64,000 nucleotides of DNA from Eledone cirrhosa (Eukaryota): assembly GCA_964016885.1 (NCBI GenBank), contig OZ024740.1:75640001-75704000 (forward strand), in the 5' to 3' direction. Within the stretch, counting starts at the first letter, position 1. Each line of letters begins with the position of its first letter. The notes under the pieces are model-generated. The model saw only the letters and a list, made by a program, of their open reading frames with translations. It did no database searches and had not been told where the DNA came from. Positions 56,869 through 64,000 of this stretch are shown in pieces. The translations under genes were made by a program, and so were the position numbers.

Positions 56869-59800
56869 TGAAACAAAATGAAAACGAAATTTCATTTCTC
56901 ACTCTTAGTATGGCACTTACTTAAATGTAAGTATGCATGTATACGTACATACATATATGTATACAGACGTACAGTAGCATGCACATATATATATACATAT
57001 ATACATACATATGCATACAGGTACACATACATATATGCACGTATCAGTTTAGCGGCGCTAACGTCGCTTTGTCCGTTTGTAAACAAACTGAACAGCCTGA
57101 ATTTATGCCATACGGTGTTAAGGCAACCACGTCACCTTTTTGTTCAACACTGACACAGGAACGATGTACTAGTTTCAAGCTTGTTAGCTATCATCAGCAC
57201 CGTTTACCCATCTGCCAGATAGTTGAACGTTCGAAAGTATATACTTTCCTTATGAAAATTAACGGCTGAGCAGCCTAATTTGCATATTGAGTGAGTTAAA
57301 TCGGTCAGGCATACCGAAAACGATAAATTGAAACAAAATGAAAACGAAATTTCATTTCTCACTCTTAGTATGGCACTTACTTAAATGTAAGTATGCATGT
57401 ATACGTACATACATATATGTATACAGACGTACAGTAGCATGCACATATATATATACATATATACATACATATGCATACAGGTACACATACATATATGCAC
57501 GTATCAGTTTAGCGGCGCTAACGTCGCTTTGTCCGTTTGTAAACAAACTGAACAGCCTGAATTTATGCCATACGGTGTTAAGGCAACCACGTCACCTTTT
57601 TGTTCAACACTGACACAGGAACGATGTACTAGTTTCAAGCTTGTTAGCTATCATCAGCACCGTTTACCCATCTGCCAGATAGTTGAACGTTCGAAAGTAT
57701 ATACTTTCCTTATGAAAATTAACGGCTGAGCAGCCTAATTTGCATATTGAGTGAGTTAAATCGGTCAGGCATACCGAAAACGATAAATTGAAACAAAATG
57801 AAAACGAAATTTCATTTCTCACTCTTAGTATGGCACTTACTTAAATGTAAGTATGCATGTATACGTACATACATATATGTATACAGACGTACAGTAGCAT
57901 GCACATATATATATACATATATACATACATATGCATACAGGTACACATACATATATGCACGTATCAGTTTAGCGGCGCTAACGTCGCTTTGTCCGTTTGT
58001 AAACAAACTGAACAGCCTGAATTTATGCCATACGGTGTTAAGGCAACCACGTCACCTTTTTGTTCAACACTGACACAGGAACGATGTACTAGTTTCAAGC
58101 TTGTTAGCTATCATCAGCACCGTTTACCCATCTGCCAGATAGTTGAACGTTCGAAAGTATATACTTTCCTTATGAAAATTAACGGCTGAGCAGCCTAATT
58201 TGCATATTGAGTGAGTTAAATCGGTCAGGCATACCGAAAACGATAAATTGAAACAAAATGAAAACGAAATTTCATTTCTCACTCTTAGTATGGCACTTAC
58301 TTAAATGTAAGTATGCATGTATACGTACATACATATATGTATACAGACGTACAGTAGCATGCACATATATATATACATATATACATACATATGCATACAG
58401 GTACACATACATATATGCACGTATCAGTTTAGCGGCGCTAACGTCGCTTTGTCCGTTTGTAAACAAACTGAACAGCCTGAATTTATGCCATACGGTGTTA
58501 AGGCAACCACGTCACCTTTTTGTTCAACACTGACACAGGAACGATGTACTAGTTTCAAGCTTGTTAGCTATCATCAGCACCGTTTACCCATCTGCCAGAT
58601 AGTTGAACGTTCGAAAGTATATACTTTCCTTATGAAAATTAACGGCTGAGCAGCCTAATTTGCATATTGAGTGAGTTAAATCGGTCAGGCATACCGAAAA
58701 CGATAAATTGAAACAAAATGAAAACGAAATTTCATTTCTCACTCTTAGTATGGCACTTACTTAAATGTAAGTATGCATGTATACGTACATACATATATGT
58801 ATACAGACGTACAGTAGCATGCACATATATATATACATATATACATACATATGCATACAGGTACACATACATATATGCACGTATCAGTTTAGCGGCGCTA
58901 ACGTCGCTTTGTCCGTTTGTAAACAAACTGAACAGCCTGAATTTATGCCATACGGTGTTAAGGCAACCACGTCACCTTTTTGTTCAACACTGACACAGGA
59001 ACGATGTACTAGTTTCAAGCTTGTTAGCTATCATCAGCACCGTTTACCCATCTGCCAGATAGTTGAACGTTCGAAAGTATATACTTTCCTTATGAAAATT
59101 AACGGCTGAGCAGCCTAATTTGCATATTGAGTGAGTTAAATCGGTCAGGCATACCGAAAACGATAAATTGAAACAAAATGAAAACGAAATTTCATTTCTC
59201 ACTCTTAGTATGGCACTTACTTAAATGTAAGTATGCATGTATACGTACATACATATATGTATACAGACGTACAGTAGCATGCACATATATATATACATAT
59301 ATACATACATATGCATACAGGTACACATACATATATGCACGTATCAGTTTAGCGGCGCTAACGTCGCTTTGTCCGTTTGTAAACAAACTGAACAGCCTGA
59401 ATTTATGCCATACGGTGTTAAGGCAACCACGTCACCTTTTTGTTCAACACTGACACAGGAACGATGTACTAGTTTCAAGCTTGTTAGCTATCATCAGCAC
59501 CGTTTACCCATCTGCCAGATAGTTGAACGTTCGAAAGTATATACTTTCCTTATGAAAATTAACGGCTGAGCAGCCTAATTTGCATATTGAGTGAGTTAAA
59601 TCGGTCAGGCATACCGAAAACGATAAATTGAAACAAAATGAAAACGAAATTTCATTTCTCACTCTTAGTATGGCACTTACTTAAATGTAAGTATGCATGT
59701 ATACGTACATACATATATGTATACAGACGTACAGTAGCATGCACATATATATATATATATACATATATACATACATATGCATACAGGTACACATACATAT

Positions 59801-60908
59801 ATGCACGTATCAGTTTAGCGGCGCTAACGTCGCTTTGTTCGTTTGTAAACAAACTGAACAGCCTGAATTTATGCCATACGGTGTTAAGGCAACCACGTCA
59901 CCTTTTTGTTCAACACTGACACAGGAACGATGTACTAGTTTCAAGCTTGTTAGCTATCATCAGCACCGTTTACCCATCTGCCAGATAGTTGAACGTTCGA
60001 AAGTATATACTTTCCTTATGAAAATTAACGGCTGAGCAGCCTAATTTGCATATTGAGTGAGTTAAATCGGTCAGGCATACCGAAAACGATAAATTGAAAC
60101 AAAATGAAAACGAAATTTCATTTCTCACTCTTAGTATGGCACTTACTTAAATGTAAGTATGCATGTATACGTACATACATATATGTATACAGACGTACAG
60201 TAGCATGCACATATATATATATATATACATATATACATACATATGCATACAGGTACACATACATATATGCACGTATCAGTTTAGCGGCGCTAACGTCGCT
60301 TTGTTCGTTTGTAAACAAACTGAACAGCCTGAATTTATGCCATACGGTGTTAAGGCAACCACGTCACCTTTTTGTTCAACACTGACACAGGAACGATGTA
60401 CTAGTTTCAAGCTTGTTAGCTATCATCAGCACCGTTTACCCATCTGCCAGATAGTTGAACGTTCGAAAGTATATACTCTCCTTATGAAAATTAACGGCTG
60501 AGCAGCCTAATTTGCATATTGAGTGAGTTAAATCGGTCAGGCATACCGAAAACGATAAATTGAAACAAAATGAAAACGAAATTTCATTTCTCACTCTTAG
60601 TATGGCACTTACTTAAATGTAAGTATGCATGTATACGTACATACATATATGTATACAGACGTACAGTAGCATGCACATATATATATACATATATACATAC
60701 ATATGCATACAGGTACACATACATATATGCACGTATCAGTTTAGCGGCGCTAACGTCGCTTTGTTCGTTTGTAAACAAACTGAACAGCCTGAATTTATGC
60801 CATACGGTGTTAAGGCAACCACGTCACCTTTTTGTTCAACACTGACACAGGAACGATGTACTAGTTTCAAGCTTGTTAGCTATCATCAGCACCGTTTACC
60901 CATCTGCC
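56868..60908 (-). repeat. Tandem array of a 460/466-bp hammerhead-containing monomer (8 full units plus 1 partial; truncated by N gap)
   Basis: Identical ORF-track hits recur every 460 bp (56878, 57338 ... 59638) then every 466 bp (60104, 60570). Units are almost identical. Confidence 0.98.
57160..57204 (-). ncRNA. Minimal type I hammerhead ribozyme, array unit 1 (repeated at 57620, 58080, 58540, 59000, 59460, 59926, 60392, 60852)
   Basis: Minus strand AACGGUG-CUGAUGA-U AGC UAACAA GCU U-GAAA-CUA-GUA^-CAUCGUU: 7-bp stem I, intact core, stem II, palindromic stem III ACUAGU, GUA cleavage triplet. Confidence 0.9.
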
Positions 60909-61108
60909 NNNNNNNNNNNNNNNNNNNNNNNNNNNNNNNNNNNNNNNNNNNNNNNNNNNNNNNNNNNNNNNNNNNNNNNNNNNNNNNNNNNNNNNNNNNN
61001 NNNNNNNNNNNNNNNNNNNNNNNNNNNNNNNNNNNNNNNNNNNNNNNNNNNNNNNNNNNNNNNNNNNNNNNNNNNNNNNNNNNNNNNNNNNNNNNNNNNN
61101 NNNNNNNN
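60909..61108. other. Assembly gap (200 N)
   Basis: Run of N. Confidence 1.

Positions 61109-64000
<2,892 letters not shown>

Noticed and set aside
56878-60845. Repeated 64-112 aa ORFs in the 460-bp array; CRISPR-like or snRNA/5S/tRNA array
   Set aside because: The ORFs run through a TA/CA microsatellite and have no domain signature. Units are identical with no unique spacers. No U1/U2/U4/U5/U6/5S or tRNA signature was recognised on either strand.

Overview
AT-rich, repeat-dense animal genomic DNA. The SINE/RTE-LINE/(TA)n landscape suggests a mollusc, probably an octopus-like cephalopod (inference). Genes: four coding exons of the motile-cilia gene RSPH1 on the minus strand (19741->4414; 3' exons lie outside the window) with an RFX X-box promoter, and a probable first coding exon of a plus-strand type II membrane protein (38249-38406). 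The rest is decayed LINEs (RTE, CR1-like, Tx1-like, CRE-like), Gypsy integrase/LTR fragments, tRNA-derived SINEs, fold-back palindromes and about 13 kb of (TA)n/(TATG)n. Main discovery: a nearly homogeneous 460/466-bp tandem array (56868-60908, running into an assembly gap) in which every unit carries an intact minimal type I hammerhead ribozyme on the minus strand plus an octamer motif, i.e. a retrozyme/ribozyme-satellite. A catalytically dead solo relative lies at 41.7-42.1 kb. About a dozen further complete or half hammerheads of several other families are scattered through the window, mostly inside (TA)n tracts, and most families have their own palindromic stem III.
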